64,000 nt of DNA from a candidate division WWE3 bacterium (GTDB lineage Bacteria; Patescibacteriota; WWE3; UBA101185; UBA10185). Both the position numbers and the translations under genes were made by a program. Below the pieces are notes generated by a model. It saw only the letters and a list, made by a program, of their open reading frames with translations, was not told where the DNA came from and made no database searches. The stretch's first letter is position 1, and each line of letters opens with the position of its first letter. Below, in pieces: positions 29,697 through 38,857 of the stretch. The stretch lies in contig JBPOHV010000001.1 in assembly GCA_052035175.1 (NCBI GenBank), positions 523,338 through 587,337 of the forward strand, in the 5' to 3' direction.

Positions 29697-29897
29697 GTAC
29701 CCCGCATAAAGGCTGGGCAAAAAACCACAACATGGAGACTATTTGACGACAAAGATTTAAAAGTAAACGATGAAATTGAACTCATAAGCCGACCAGACCT
29801 TAAAACATTCGCAGTTGCAAAAATATTGGAAATTACTGAAAAACCAGAAAATACTTTGGTAAAAGTACTAAAGTTTAAAATATCAAAATTTCTATAA
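29697..29897 (+). pseudogene. 5'-truncated ASCH-domain gene remnant
   Basis: VPRIKAGQKTTTWRLFDDKDLKVNDEIEL...; no start codon, begins right after attR. Confidence 0.6.
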
Positions 29898-30299
29898 ATC
29901 TCTTGAAAAAGTTATTACAAAACCAGCAGCAAGTATCAATAGATTTTTAACAATGTACTGACCTGCCAAAGTCAACACCATAAAACCTGACCATGCATAT
30001 TCTGGCAGAATAATAAGAGGTAATGCAGTAGTAAAGATATGAATTAACATTAAGTAGAAAGCGTACTTTTCAGCTTTCTTAACCAAAAATAATATACCAA
30101 GAAAACATTCGAATAAAGCAAACAACAAATAAAACACATTAAAAGGCACAAGCCAAGCCAAAGTCATTGTAAACAATGCATGTACCAGTTCTTCGGCAGG
30201 GCTGAGATTTAAAACTTTCAAAAGTCCAAACCAAAAGTAAATAATAAAGAGTGAAATTTTACAAAACCACACTATATTAATATTTATTCTTTTTTCCAT
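29892..30299 (-). CDS. DoxX-like membrane protein
   Basis: YFWFGLLK..SPAE.L, GQYIVKN. Confidence 0.7.
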   Translation of the reverse strand: MEKRININIVWFCKISLFIIYFWFGLLKVLNLSPAEELVHALFTMTLAWLVPFNVFYLLFALFECFLGILFLVKKAEKYAFYLMLIHIFTTALPLIILPEYAWSGFMVLTLAGQYIVKNLLILAAGFVITFSRDL

Positions 30300-30328
30300 A
30301 TATTAATTTTATATGAAAAATCAAACTA

Positions 30329-31189
30329 CTACAAAGGATTAACTTGTGGTTTTGATGCCAAATAAGTACCTACTGCAACTATGCAACAGCATACTATAAA
30401 TATGAAGCTTATACTTTCGCGTAATATGAGAATATCAAAGATCAAAGCTATCGGAAATTGAATGTATTGAGAAAGTCCAGCAAAGAATGCTGTGGTATTT
30501 GAAATGCCATATTGATAAAGTACAAAAGCGGCGATAGTGCCGCCCAATACTAAATATAGCAACGCTAAATATGCAAAAATAGGCGTACTAAATACAAATG
30601 TATGTGTAGTAGTGAGAGCATAAATTGAAAAGACTATTAAATTACCCAACATAGTCGCAAACGCCAGCTCATAAGCTGTAGAGACAAATCTTTGTTTGCG
30701 AGAATATATTATTTGGAACGAGGTGAGTAATGAGGCTATAACAATTAAACCCATTCCTAATACACTAGGATCATCAAATATCAATGATTTATCTTTTTGA
30801 AATACCAAATAAATAATTGCAGAAAAGGACATAGCCAAACCAACTATTTGAATAAAACTTATTTTTTCTTTTAGGTAACCGCTAGAAATAAAAGCAGTAA
30901 AAACTGGGGTAAGTGTTAAAAGTAATTGCACATGCGAGGCTTGAGAAATCTTGAGTCCTTGCATCAAAAAAACAAATGATAAAGCAGAAAAACCTGAAAC
31001 ATATATAGAAGACTTGATACCTGTCCATGTAAGGCGTTTATAAAATAAAATATAAAATACTAAAGTAGCGAAAAAGAATCGTAAAAACATCAATTGTGAG
31101 ATAGAAAAATAAGCCAGATTATACTTGAGAAAAACTACATTTAAAGCTAATAAAACCGATGCGAGTATAACAGCAAGCTTTCCTGACAT
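30329..31189 (-). CDS. DMT/EamA family transporter
   Basis: About 10 TM helices, two EamA repeats, LKEK/LRES motifs. Confidence 0.88.
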   Translation of the reverse strand: MSGKLAVILASVLLALNVVFLKYNLAYFSISQLMFLRFFFATLVFYILFYKRLTWTGIKSSIYVSGFSALSFVFLMQGLKISQASHVQLLLTLTPVFTAFISSGYLKEKISFIQIVGLAMSFSAIIYLVFQKDKSLIFDDPSVLGMGLIVIASLLTSFQIIYSRKQRFVSTAYELAFATMLGNLIVFSIYALTTTHTFVFSTPIFAYLALLYLVLGGTIAAFVLYQYGISNTTAFFAGLSQYIQFPIALIFDILILRESISFIFIVCCCIVAVGTYLASKPQVNPL

Positions 31190-31252
31190 TTATAGAGTTT
31201 AAATAGGTTTGAAGTAATTGTATAGAAGTTTTTGGTACAATCACAATGCTCA

Positions 31253-31338
31253 GCCAGAGTGGTGAAATGGTATACACGCTGTCTTCAGGTGGCAGTCTCC
31301 GCAAGGGGGTAAGGGTTCAAGTCCCTTCTCTGGCACCA
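31253..31338 (+). tRNA. tRNA-Leu(CAG)
   Basis: Class II cloverleaf, CTGTC-TTCAGGT-GGCAG, CCA. Confidence 0.95.
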
Positions 31339-31416
31339 TAGTGCAATATAAGATCAACCCTTTTGTAAGCTTAGTAACCTTAAACCCTCTAATTTTATGC
31401 TAAAATACTTTCGTAT

Positions 31417-31502
31417 GGGCGAGTGGTGAAATGGTATACACGCAACCTTGAGGTGGTTGTCCTCGAAAGGGGGTGGAGGTTCAAGTCCTCTCTCGCCCAC
31501 CA
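31417..31502 (+). tRNA. tRNA-Leu(GAG)
   Basis: Class II cloverleaf, CAACC-TTGAGGT-GGTTG, CCA. Confidence 0.95.
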
Positions 31503-31621
31503 AAAGACAGGACCTGGTCAGACCAGGTCTCATGATAAAATTAGTTAGTTCGCGAGATACAACTAGGTTGTTCTTTTCGCGAGAGGAAGCAAAGCTTGCT
31601 CTCGCACTCGCTAACGCTCGT

Positions 31622-31696
31622 GCGAGAGTAGTTCAGTGGTAGAACGCTTCCTTGCCAAGGAAGAGGTCGCGGGTTCGATCCCCGTCTCTCGCTCCA
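31622..31696 (+). tRNA. tRNA-Gly(GCC)
   Basis: CTTCC-TTGCCAA-GGAAG, TCCA end. Confidence 0.95.
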
Positions 31697-31699
31697 TAT

Positions 31700-32521
31700 A
31701 TGCACAAAGCATTTGAAACAACAGCACAAAAAGTCCAAGACACAATCGACCAAGTCTTTTTTTATAAAATGGGATATGAAGATGTAGGCTCGGCAATGGG
31801 TGATATTTTTGCACACGATGGTATCCACAAAGGCGCAGCTGTCAAAGCCTGTTTGTCTTTAATATATCAACTACTACCAGATAAACAGAAAGATTTAATA
31901 ACTGCTGAGTATACAAAAAACTTCCCTTTAGCGATTCAAAACAGCAATCTTGAGGCAATAGGTAGCGGTGGCGCCAATACTGTATTTCGAAATAGTAATC
32001 TGCCAGAAGCATATATTTTTTGTGTAAATAGAAATAATTGTAACTCTACTAAAGAAGCCTTTGAAGAAGCACAAACTATAAAAAACGATTATGCGCAAAT
32101 AAAAGAAATCTATGCAGAACTACCAGACCTTATTCCGTCAGAAGACTACTTCTTGGGAGAAAACAAAAAGAGACAACCGCTGGTCATGTCCATCAGAAGG
32201 TTTGTAGATGGAGATATAAAAGATATATTTACAGATTATACACAAGTAGAGTTAAAAGCACTGCTGTCAGAAAATCCTACGCTTGCACAGCAATTAAACA
32301 AATTTGTTGAAATAACCACAAGGAATAACGCTTTCTTTATACAAAACGAAGTAGATATTATTGGCAAGAAAAACTTAAGTATCGTTACAAATGGGAACAA
32401 TGCTCCAAATTTAGTTTTTTTGGATCCACATACCGTTGCAGAAAGACATCGAAATGACCAACATAAAGAAATTATTACACAAAGACTAGAATACCTAGAA
32501 AATATTATCAAACAGAGCTAG
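31700..32521 (+). CDS. Hypothetical protein, possible kinase-like fold
   Basis: IGSGGANTVF, D..G..NL, FLDP; start moved to the ATG after the tRNA. Confidence 0.55.
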   Translation: MHKAFETTAQKVQDTIDQVFFYKMGYEDVGSAMGDIFAHDGIHKGAAVKACLSLIYQLLPDKQKDLITAEYTKNFPLAIQNSNLEAIGSGGANTVFRNSNLPEAYIFCVNRNNCNSTKEAFEEAQTIKNDYAQIKEIYAELPDLIPSEDYFLGENKKRQPLVMSIRRFVDGDIKDIFTDYTQVELKALLSENPTLAQQLNKFVEITTRNNAFFIQNEVDIIGKKNLSIVTNGNNAPNLVFLDPHTVAERHRNDQHKEIITQRLEYLENIIKQS

Positions 32522-32840
32522 TAACTGTTATTTCCAAAAACTCGTAATCAGGGTAAGCAAACGAAAAGTATTTAATCGGCATACTCAACTCCTCAGCCAG
32601 CTTTATTTCGGCAGCCACACCATCAGAAATCTCACCAAAAACCCATAATTCGTCGCTTCTGCGAATAAGTTCGTTATTTGCTGCAATAAGCCTGGCACGT
32701 TCAACAGTATCGAGCAAAAAGTATGAGTACATCATAAAAGCACACGTAGGAGTATAGTTATTTTCTATTATGAACTTGACGATATGTTCGCGCAGGTAAA
32801 AGTTTGTTTTACTCATTGCTGCAAAAACAACTCTATTCAT
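32508..32840 (-). CDS. Small nucleoside-deoxyribosyltransferase-like (DUF4406-like) protein
   Basis: SDELWVFGEISDGV.AEI..A. Confidence 0.6.
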   Translation of the reverse strand: MNRVVFAAMSKTNFYLREHIVKFIIENNYTPTCAFMMYSYFLLDTVERARLIAANNELIRRSDELWVFGEISDGVAAEIKLAEELSMPIKYFSFAYPDYEFLEITVTSSV

Positions 32841-32904
32841 TCTGCGCCAATTCTATCAATTTAAAACAAGCTATGGTAGTATTTTTATGTTAATTCGACC
32901 ATGT

Positions 32905-32980
32905 GGGGCGGTAGCCAAGGTGGTCAAGGCACCGGTCTGAAAAACCGGCTATGTGGGTCCGACTCCCACCCTCCCCACCA
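32905..32980 (+). tRNA. tRNA-Phe(GAA)
   Basis: CCGGT-CTGAAAA-ACCGG, CCA; T-loop TCCGA; C5:U68 mismatch. Confidence 0.9.
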
Positions 32981-32987
32981 ATTGTTG

Positions 32988-33692
32988 TTATAACAACGAA
33001 TAGTACTGGTTATAAAAATTAATAAAATCACTAATACTTACCGTTTTGTTTTCAAATTTTTCTCTAATATTTTCCAATCTAATTTCATACTCTTTTTCGA
33101 GAACTTTTTCTTTAGGGTACATAAAATCAATGAAATCTATTGAATTTTGAATATATTTATTGAATATCTCTGCAAATTCCCACAATTTCTTTTTATCTAA
33201 ATTCTTATATTTATCCATATAGTCATAAAAAATGAAATGAAGCATTTCGTGAGCAATTATTGTTGTTGAAATGCCCTGTTGAATCGCACCAAAGAATAAC
33301 TGAAAACTCTTTTCCTTCTTAATAAGAGTATTTATATCGATTACAGATAGATAACAATTGTAGTCTCCTTCTGGAAACGAATGTCCCTCAAACACACTCT
33401 CACACAAATCAAGAAATATAACTTCTTTCTCTTTCCATAATCTTTCTGCCTTATTTTTAGCCTCTGACAATTCTTTTGTGTAGTCACTGTGAATCTTATT
33501 AATAGTATTCACCAATAATTCTTTTTCTTTTGACTGGGCATACTTATCTAGTGCGGGGTATTGCTCAATTAATCTTTCTCTTTTTTCAAAACCTCCTGAT
33601 TTATCCGGATTGCTAAAAAAGAAATCAGTGTAAATTATATCTAGTTGTTTACACCTTTCGTTTAGTACAAAAGTTACATTAGGTTTATACAT
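32988..33692 (-). CDS. Hypothetical protein with HExxH motif (array gene A)
   Basis: IAHEMLHFIF..E. Confidence 0.65.
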   Translation of the reverse strand: MYKPNVTFVLNERCKQLDIIYTDFFFSNPDKSGGFEKRERLIEQYPALDKYAQSKEKELLVNTINKIHSDYTKELSEAKNKAERLWKEKEVIFLDLCESVFEGHSFPEGDYNCYLSVIDINTLIKKEKSFQLFFGAIQQGISTTIIAHEMLHFIFYDYMDKYKNLDKKKLWEFAEIFNKYIQNSIDFIDFMYPKEKVLEKEYEIRLENIREKFENKTVSISDFINFYNQYYSLL

Positions 33693-33711
33693 ATTTATAT
33701 TCTACATTAAC

Positions 33712-33747
33712 AAAAAAGTTCGCAACTTCATTCACGATAGACCACCA
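33712..33747 (+). repeat. Array junction repeat, half copy R1
   Basis: AAAAAAGTTCGCAACTTCATTCACGATAGACCACCA. Confidence 0.85.
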
Positions 33748-33979
33748 AAGAAAATATGCTGGTATTTTGGCCAGCAGATTTTGTTTAATGAGAGTTAGGA
33801 ATTGAACCTGGGTCGACAATTCGAATGAAATGAGAATTGCAACGTTCTCGAACGAAGTGAGGGGTTGTTATTCTCACTCTTCCCACCATAGAAGCAAACA
33901 CTCGTTTTACCCTTTTATTACAAATATTTCGATTTTGGCTATAGTAGGTGAGAAATTGTTCTACTGATATAATGAATTT

Positions 33980-34552
33980 ATGAAAAAGCTTATGGCTGTA
34001 TTTATTATGGGAATTTTACTACTAGGATTTATTTTTCATAGAAAATCAGCCAGCTTTATAAAAATACCAGAGGAAACTCTTAATTCTCTTTGTTACGGAC
34101 TAGATGAATCCAGCTGTTTGGGTACAGAAGTTTGTAGACCAAAGTATGAACATATAGATCAAAATAAATGCCCAAAAGGAGAGTTTTGTACGACAGAGTA
34201 TAAACTACCTTATAAAAAGTTTCTCTATTGCGAAAAAATACCAAGTGATGAGTTATACTCCGCTAAGACTAATAAAAAATATTGTGTTGGTGAATATGCA
34301 ACATGGTCAGAAAATGAAAAACCAGGTAGGTGCTTTTGTGGATATACTGATTTTAGCAATGAACAAAGAGAATACCATGGTTATGTCGATTTTGTCGAAG
34401 GGTATGGGTGTATCACAGCAAGAGAACTTTGCGAAAAACTAAACGGTGTATTCGAACCCGACCCAAGCAATGCTTATGAGTGGTGTAACTATCCTGATGG
34501 CACTAGGGAGCACGTATATATTCCAGAAACCTCTAAAAAACTGGAACTATAA
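33980..34552 (+). CDS. Cys-rich exported protein (array gene B)
   Basis: N-terminal signal/TM, about 12 Cys. Confidence 0.65.
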   Translation: MKKLMAVFIMGILLLGFIFHRKSASFIKIPEETLNSLCYGLDESSCLGTEVCRPKYEHIDQNKCPKGEFCTTEYKLPYKKFLYCEKIPSDELYSAKTNKKYCVGEYATWSENEKPGRCFCGYTDFSNEQREYHGYVDFVEGYGCITARELCEKLNGVFEPDPSNAYEWCNYPDGTREHVYIPETSKKLEL

Positions 34553-34659
34553 AAAAGTTCGCAACATCGTTCACGATAGACCACCATGAAATCCTCGCTG
34601 TCCTAGCAACATAATCCAATGGTTTACAATTTGATAGTGAGTGGGAAGTTGAACTTTTT
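34551..34659. repeat. Array junction repeat, full copy 2 (~108-bp imperfect inverted repeat)
   Basis: 84 bp identical to 35445-35528; ends AAAAAGTTCGCAAC...GAAGTTGAACTTTTT. Confidence 0.9.
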
Positions 34660-35393
34660 TATACAGATAGCAGTTTTAAAATATCTTCTTTTGATTTGGG
34701 TTTACCCTCTGATCCCAATAACCATAAGGCTTTATCAAACTCTAACCAACTTGTGTTTGTGTTCTTACAGGCAGTACTCCATAAAATCTTTGTAGTCATA
34801 ATATTTTTTTGTGACATAGTATCACTATCAACAAATCCCATTAAATAGGCTATACGTACATCATGAACATCAACTGGTGGCAACATCTCATTAACATCAA
34901 CGTATTTAAAATTAAATGTGTTAATCATTGTTCTAATGAAAAAGTTTCCAATTTTTGGCCCAAACCCCCTAAACTCCTTTATTCTTCTCTCAACATCCTT
35001 AACAAGTTCGGTATTCATTAGTATATTTAGTGGATTACCCTCGTATTTATCTAACAATACTTTTGAATTTATTGTGTATCGACGAACTGCTTCATTAATG
35101 TAACGAGGATGCAAATGAGATTTTAGAATTTCAGATAACCTTTGTTCTGGAATGCTCAATATATTATTGGGAGTGAAAAAAACCGGTATATCTTTAACTA
35201 GACTACGAGCACCTTCATACAAACGTTGTGATTTGGTTGCATAGTCTAGTTGAGTCACATAAAACAAAAATAATGCCCTAAACAGGTCGGTTCCACTAGG
35301 AGCTAAGTCCTCTGCATTTTTGTGACTACTAAATATTCCTTCATACTTTTCATAACCATTGGTTACTATAGTTACGAACTCCTCGGGTTTCAT
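34659..35393 (-). CDS. HhH-GPD superfamily DNA glycosylase-like protein (array gene C)
   Basis: FRGFGPKIG HhH motif, PVDVHD, D.ALW.LG. Confidence 0.72.
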   Translation of the reverse strand: MKPEEFVTIVTNGYEKYEGIFSSHKNAEDLAPSGTDLFRALFLFYVTQLDYATKSQRLYEGARSLVKDIPVFFTPNNILSIPEQRLSEILKSHLHPRYINEAVRRYTINSKVLLDKYEGNPLNILMNTELVKDVERRIKEFRGFGPKIGNFFIRTMINTFNFKYVDVNEMLPPVDVHDVRIAYLMGFVDSDTMSQKNIMTTKILWSTACKNTNTSWLEFDKALWLLGSEGKPKSKEDILKLLSV

Positions 35394-35420
35394 GTATAAA
35401 TTATAGTCTTATTTTGTATA

Positions 35421-35528
35421 AAATAGTTCGCAACTTCATTCACTATAGACCACCATGAAATCCTCGCTGTCCTAGCAACATAATCCAATGGTTTACAATT
35501 TGATAGTGAGTGGGAAGTTGAACTTTTT
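35421..35528. repeat. Array junction repeat, full copy 3
   Basis: Near-identical to 34551-34659. Confidence 0.9.
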
Positions 35529-35545
35529 AGAGTTATACTAATAAC

Positions 35546-35992
35546 ATGCGTAAGAATTCAGATCGAAAGTCTCGCCCTAAGGTTGTATTAGTAAATCGTG
35601 CCATTGTATTAAATGAAAATAGAGAGATATTACTACTAAAAAGAACTGAAAGTGATTCATGGATGCCAGGAAAATGGGAACTACCAGGTGGCAAGTTAGA
35701 TCCCGGACAAGATATTTCTAATGCATTAGAAAGAGAGGTCCTAGAAGAGACTGGGTTGGTAGTAATTCCAACAGATAAAACTGCCTATTGGCATAGTGAA
35801 ATTATTTCATCAGGAAAATATAAAGGCTTGCCATATATTGTTCTTGTTGGCGTAGTAAAATCGTTAGGCGGGAAAGTAAAGCTTTCCGAGGAACATGAAG
35901 AGTTTTGCTGGACCGACGAAAATGATGTTTTTGATTATGATTTAGTTCTAGAAACTAGATCAGCGCTGACTGTATTGAGGGCTAAAATTTAA
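35546..35992 (+). CDS. NUDIX hydrolase (array gene D)
   Basis: WELPGGKLDPGQ....ALEREVLEETGL. Confidence 0.9.
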   Translation: MRKNSDRKSRPKVVLVNRAIVLNENREILLLKRTESDSWMPGKWELPGGKLDPGQDISNALEREVLEETGLVVIPTDKTAYWHSEIISSGKYKGLPYIVLVGVVKSLGGKVKLSEEHEEFCWTDENDVFDYDLVLETRSALTVLRAKI

Positions 35993-36000
35993 AAAGCTGC

Positions 36001-36034
36001 AATAGTTCGCAACTTCATACACAATAGACCACCA
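36001..36034 (+). repeat. Array junction repeat, half copy R4
   Basis: AATAGTTCGCAACTTCATACACAATAGACCACCA. Confidence 0.8.
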
Positions 36035-36039
36035 AATTT

Positions 36040-36276
36040 ATGTTAAATAAAAATGATTACCCAATAAACGAAGCAACATTTTACCTGCACAGATTGGCTA
36101 GAGGATTTGCTTGGGTTTTTCTCGCAACAGGTGTGGCTATAGTACCGTTAACAGCAATATTTCACCCAGAAGAACTAAAGACAAACATTACGGGTATTAC
36201 TCTAGGTACTCTATTAGCACTCAGCATATCTATGTGCCTATTTTATGCAACTAAAATCTTGAGTAAATTGAAATAA
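36040..36276 (+). CDS. Small 2-TM protein
   Basis: Two hydrophobic helices; starts 5 nt after R4. Confidence 0.5.
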   Translation: MLNKNDYPINEATFYLHRLARGFAWVFLATGVAIVPLTAIFHPEELKTNITGITLGTLLALSISMCLFYATKILSKLK

Positions 36277-36328
36277 CAGTTGTCCAGCGCGCTACAAACC
36301 CATCTGCCTGTTATAATACCTATCGTAT

Positions 36329-37969
36329 ATGAATCCTGGAAAAACCTTAATACAACTCAATAGCGCTTCATTCAAATATCAAGGCCAAGATTACTTATTT
36401 GAAGATGTCAAACTAACCGTCCAAGCAGGAGATAAAACAGCCATTGTGGGAGCAAACGGAAGTGGAAAAAGCACATTATTAAAGATCTTAACCGGCCAGA
36501 TAGCTCTAGAAGAAGGTACTCATACTATCGATTGTAAACCTTATTACGTTCCTCAAATCAATTTAACAATTCACCAAAAAGACCTAAAAATCTATGAATA
36601 CATATCTGAATTCTATGAAGAATGGTGGGACATAATATCTGAAGTAGAAAAGACATTTTCACTTGTCATCGACGCAGAAACCGAAACAAAAACCTTGAGT
36701 GGAGGCGAGCTTATGAAGTTAAACCTTGCTATCGCGCTCAAACATGACCCCGATGTCTTGATTCTAGACGAACCCACAAATCATTTGGATGTAAAATCGA
36801 TAAACGCTCTTATTTCATTTATAAATGAATCTAGCAAAAATAAATATTCCTACATTATTGTTTCGCACGATGTGTTTTTCTTGGATCAAGTTGTAACCAA
36901 AATCTGGGAATTAGAAAAACAAAAAATTACTACTTACGGCGGTAATTACACTTTTTATAAAGAACAAAAAGCATTGCATTTGAGAGGCATAAGAAAACAA
37001 TACGAATTGGCAAAAGAAAAATTGGAAAAAGCAAAAGATTTACAACAAGATGAAATAGAAAAAAAAGCTAAAAAAGCCAATGAAGCTAAAAGAGCGTTTA
37101 TAAAAGGCAGTATTGATAAAAGAGCTTTTAATATGGGGAAAGAAGCTGCTTCGTCTTTGCAACATGGCAAGAGTATACAGCTTGAAAGGCTTGTAGAAGA
37201 CGCAGAAAGCCAACTTGAAGACACAGATATAGAACAACGCAAACTTGCGTTTATACATATGTTAAACACCAGTTCAAATGAAAACCGTACAATCTTTGAA
37301 TTAAAAGATGCTAGTGTAGAAACAAACGATAAGCAATTAATCTCTGGTATCAATCTTAAAGTTACTTATGGAAATCGAATATCAATATCGGGAGATAACG
37401 GCACAGGTAAAAGTAGTTTGGTAAGGGGCTTGCTCAAAAGGAAAGATCCAAATACAAAATATGTACACAACCAAAACATAGAATTGAAAGGTGATATTTA
37501 TTTGGGCGAAAATATGTCTTGGGTTTATATTGACCAAAACTATAGTTTGATAAATCCAGATTTAACTTTAATACAAAATTTGACGGCGTCTCATCCGGAA
37601 TTGACTTTATCAAAAGCCAAAGAACAGTTAGGCAAACTTCAATTCAAAACCGAAAATGAATTAAAAAAGTTAGGAAAAGATTTGAGCGGCGGAGAAACAG
37701 TTAGGTTAGCAATGGCCATAGTTACAGCATTTCCAATCGACTTACTAATCCTTGATGAACCTACCAACAACCTAGATGTTGAAACAGTAAACGTTTTGGT
37801 GAAATCTATTAATATGTTTAGAGGTGCTATTATTGTTATTTCCCACAATATAGACTTTTTACACCGCATAAATATTAAAAATTCTTATATTATCAAAAAC
37901 AAAAAACTTAACCAAATGAATGTCGACCCCAGTAAAAAAGAAGCTTTTTATAAAATTTTGACGTCTTGA
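36329..37969 (+). CDS. ABC-F family ATP-binding protein
   Basis: Two ABC domains (GANGSGKST/GDNGTGKSS, LSGGE, LDEPTN), no TM helices, helical linker. Confidence 0.9.
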   Translation: MNPGKTLIQLNSASFKYQGQDYLFEDVKLTVQAGDKTAIVGANGSGKSTLLKILTGQIALEEGTHTIDCKPYYVPQINLTIHQKDLKIYEYISEFYEEWWDIISEVEKTFSLVIDAETETKTLSGGELMKLNLAIALKHDPDVLILDEPTNHLDVKSINALISFINESSKNKYSYIIVSHDVFFLDQVVTKIWELEKQKITTYGGNYTFYKEQKALHLRGIRKQYELAKEKLEKAKDLQQDEIEKKAKKANEAKRAFIKGSIDKRAFNMGKEAASSLQHGKSIQLERLVEDAESQLEDTDIEQRKLAFIHMLNTSSNENRTIFELKDASVETNDKQLISGINLKVTYGNRISISGDNGTGKSSLVRGLLKRKDPNTKYVHNQNIELKGDIYLGENMSWVYIDQNYSLINPDLTLIQNLTASHPELTLSKAKEQLGKLQFKTENELKKLGKDLSGGETVRLAMAIVTAFPIDLLILDEPTNNLDVETVNVLVKSINMFRGAIIVISHNIDFLHRINIKNSYIIKNKKLNQMNVDPSKKEAFYKILTS

Positions 37970-38652
37970 TGATAGATACTTTAAATATACGCCAGACAGA
38001 TAAAGTTTTATTTATTTACCCACATCCAGACGACGAAACATTTTTCAATGCTGCACTAATTCAAAGATTAATCAAAAATGGGACAGACATATTTATATTA
38101 TGTTTAACAAAAGGTGGCGCTAGTACTTTGACGCACTCTCTTAAATCAAAAGAACAATTAAAACAGGCGCGAACACTAGAATTTGAAAGTGTAATGAAAT
38201 ACTTGAAAGTAACAAACTATCAAATCTTCGACTTACCAGACGGGCAATTACTTCAAAACCAACAACAAACTTATGATTTGATTAAACGTAAAATCGCCGA
38301 ATTGTCTCCAAATACGATAATAACTTACGAACCATCAGGTATTTATGGGCATCCAGATCACATATTAGTTAGCGAAATAGTCACCCAATTGACCAAAACC
38401 TTAAACAAAAGGCTTATTTATTCTACAGTAGCCATAGATTACAAATCTTCAGAAAATTCTTTAAAAATGGCTACAGATATAACCAAAGTACAGCCATTAG
38501 CCCCAAACAGTGGGTTGAAACTTACAGTTGCAGAATACTTATCAAAACTTAATGCATTGCGCTTATACAAGTCGCAAGTAAGCCTTAAACATGAGTTTAG
38601 ACACAAGTTATATGGCTTATATAAAATGGTGTATGAGTATTATGTAGCATAA
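37966..38652 (+). CDS. PIG-L family deacetylase
   Basis: HPDDE and GHPDH motifs. Confidence 0.88.
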   Translation: MMIDTLNIRQTDKVLFIYPHPDDETFFNAALIQRLIKNGTDIFILCLTKGGASTLTHSLKSKEQLKQARTLEFESVMKYLKVTNYQIFDLPDGQLLQNQQQTYDLIKRKIAELSPNTIITYEPSGIYGHPDHILVSEIVTQLTKTLNKRLIYSTVAIDYKSSENSLKMATDITKVQPLAPNSGLKLTVAEYLSKLNALRLYKSQVSLKHEFRHKLYGLYKMVYEYYVA

Positions 38653-38664
38653 GAAAGCAAAGTG

Positions 38665-38761
38665 TTGACATATATCAATAGATACGATATATTATCTGAG
38701 TCTTAGTGAAAGCTTGCTTTCACTGGGACAATGAAAAGACCACCGCAAGGTGGTTTTTTCA
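38665..38761 (+). ncRNA. Candidate ~60-nt small RNA with promoter, CUUG hairpin and terminator
   Basis: TTGACA-17-TATATT, GTCTTAGTGAAAG-CTTG-CTTTCACTGGGAC, AATGA, GACCACC-GCAA-GGTGGTTTTTT. Confidence 0.5.
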
Positions 38762-38857
38762 TTTGTAAGGCTCTTTACATAAACTGTAACTTTTAATGGC
38801 TTATTGATATTTATAAAAATACCCTTCATAATTTCTATATACGAGGGGGTGATTTTC

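Noticed and set aside
31448-31828. Short ORFs over the Leu/Gly tRNAs and the GTG-like upstream start at 31652
   Set aside because: Shadow frames of tRNA genes
33712-36034. CRISPR array or canonical integron
   Set aside because: Intervening sequences are whole genes rather than 30-40-nt spacers; no cas or intI in the window; left arm does not fit RYYYAAC exactly; genes lie in both orientations
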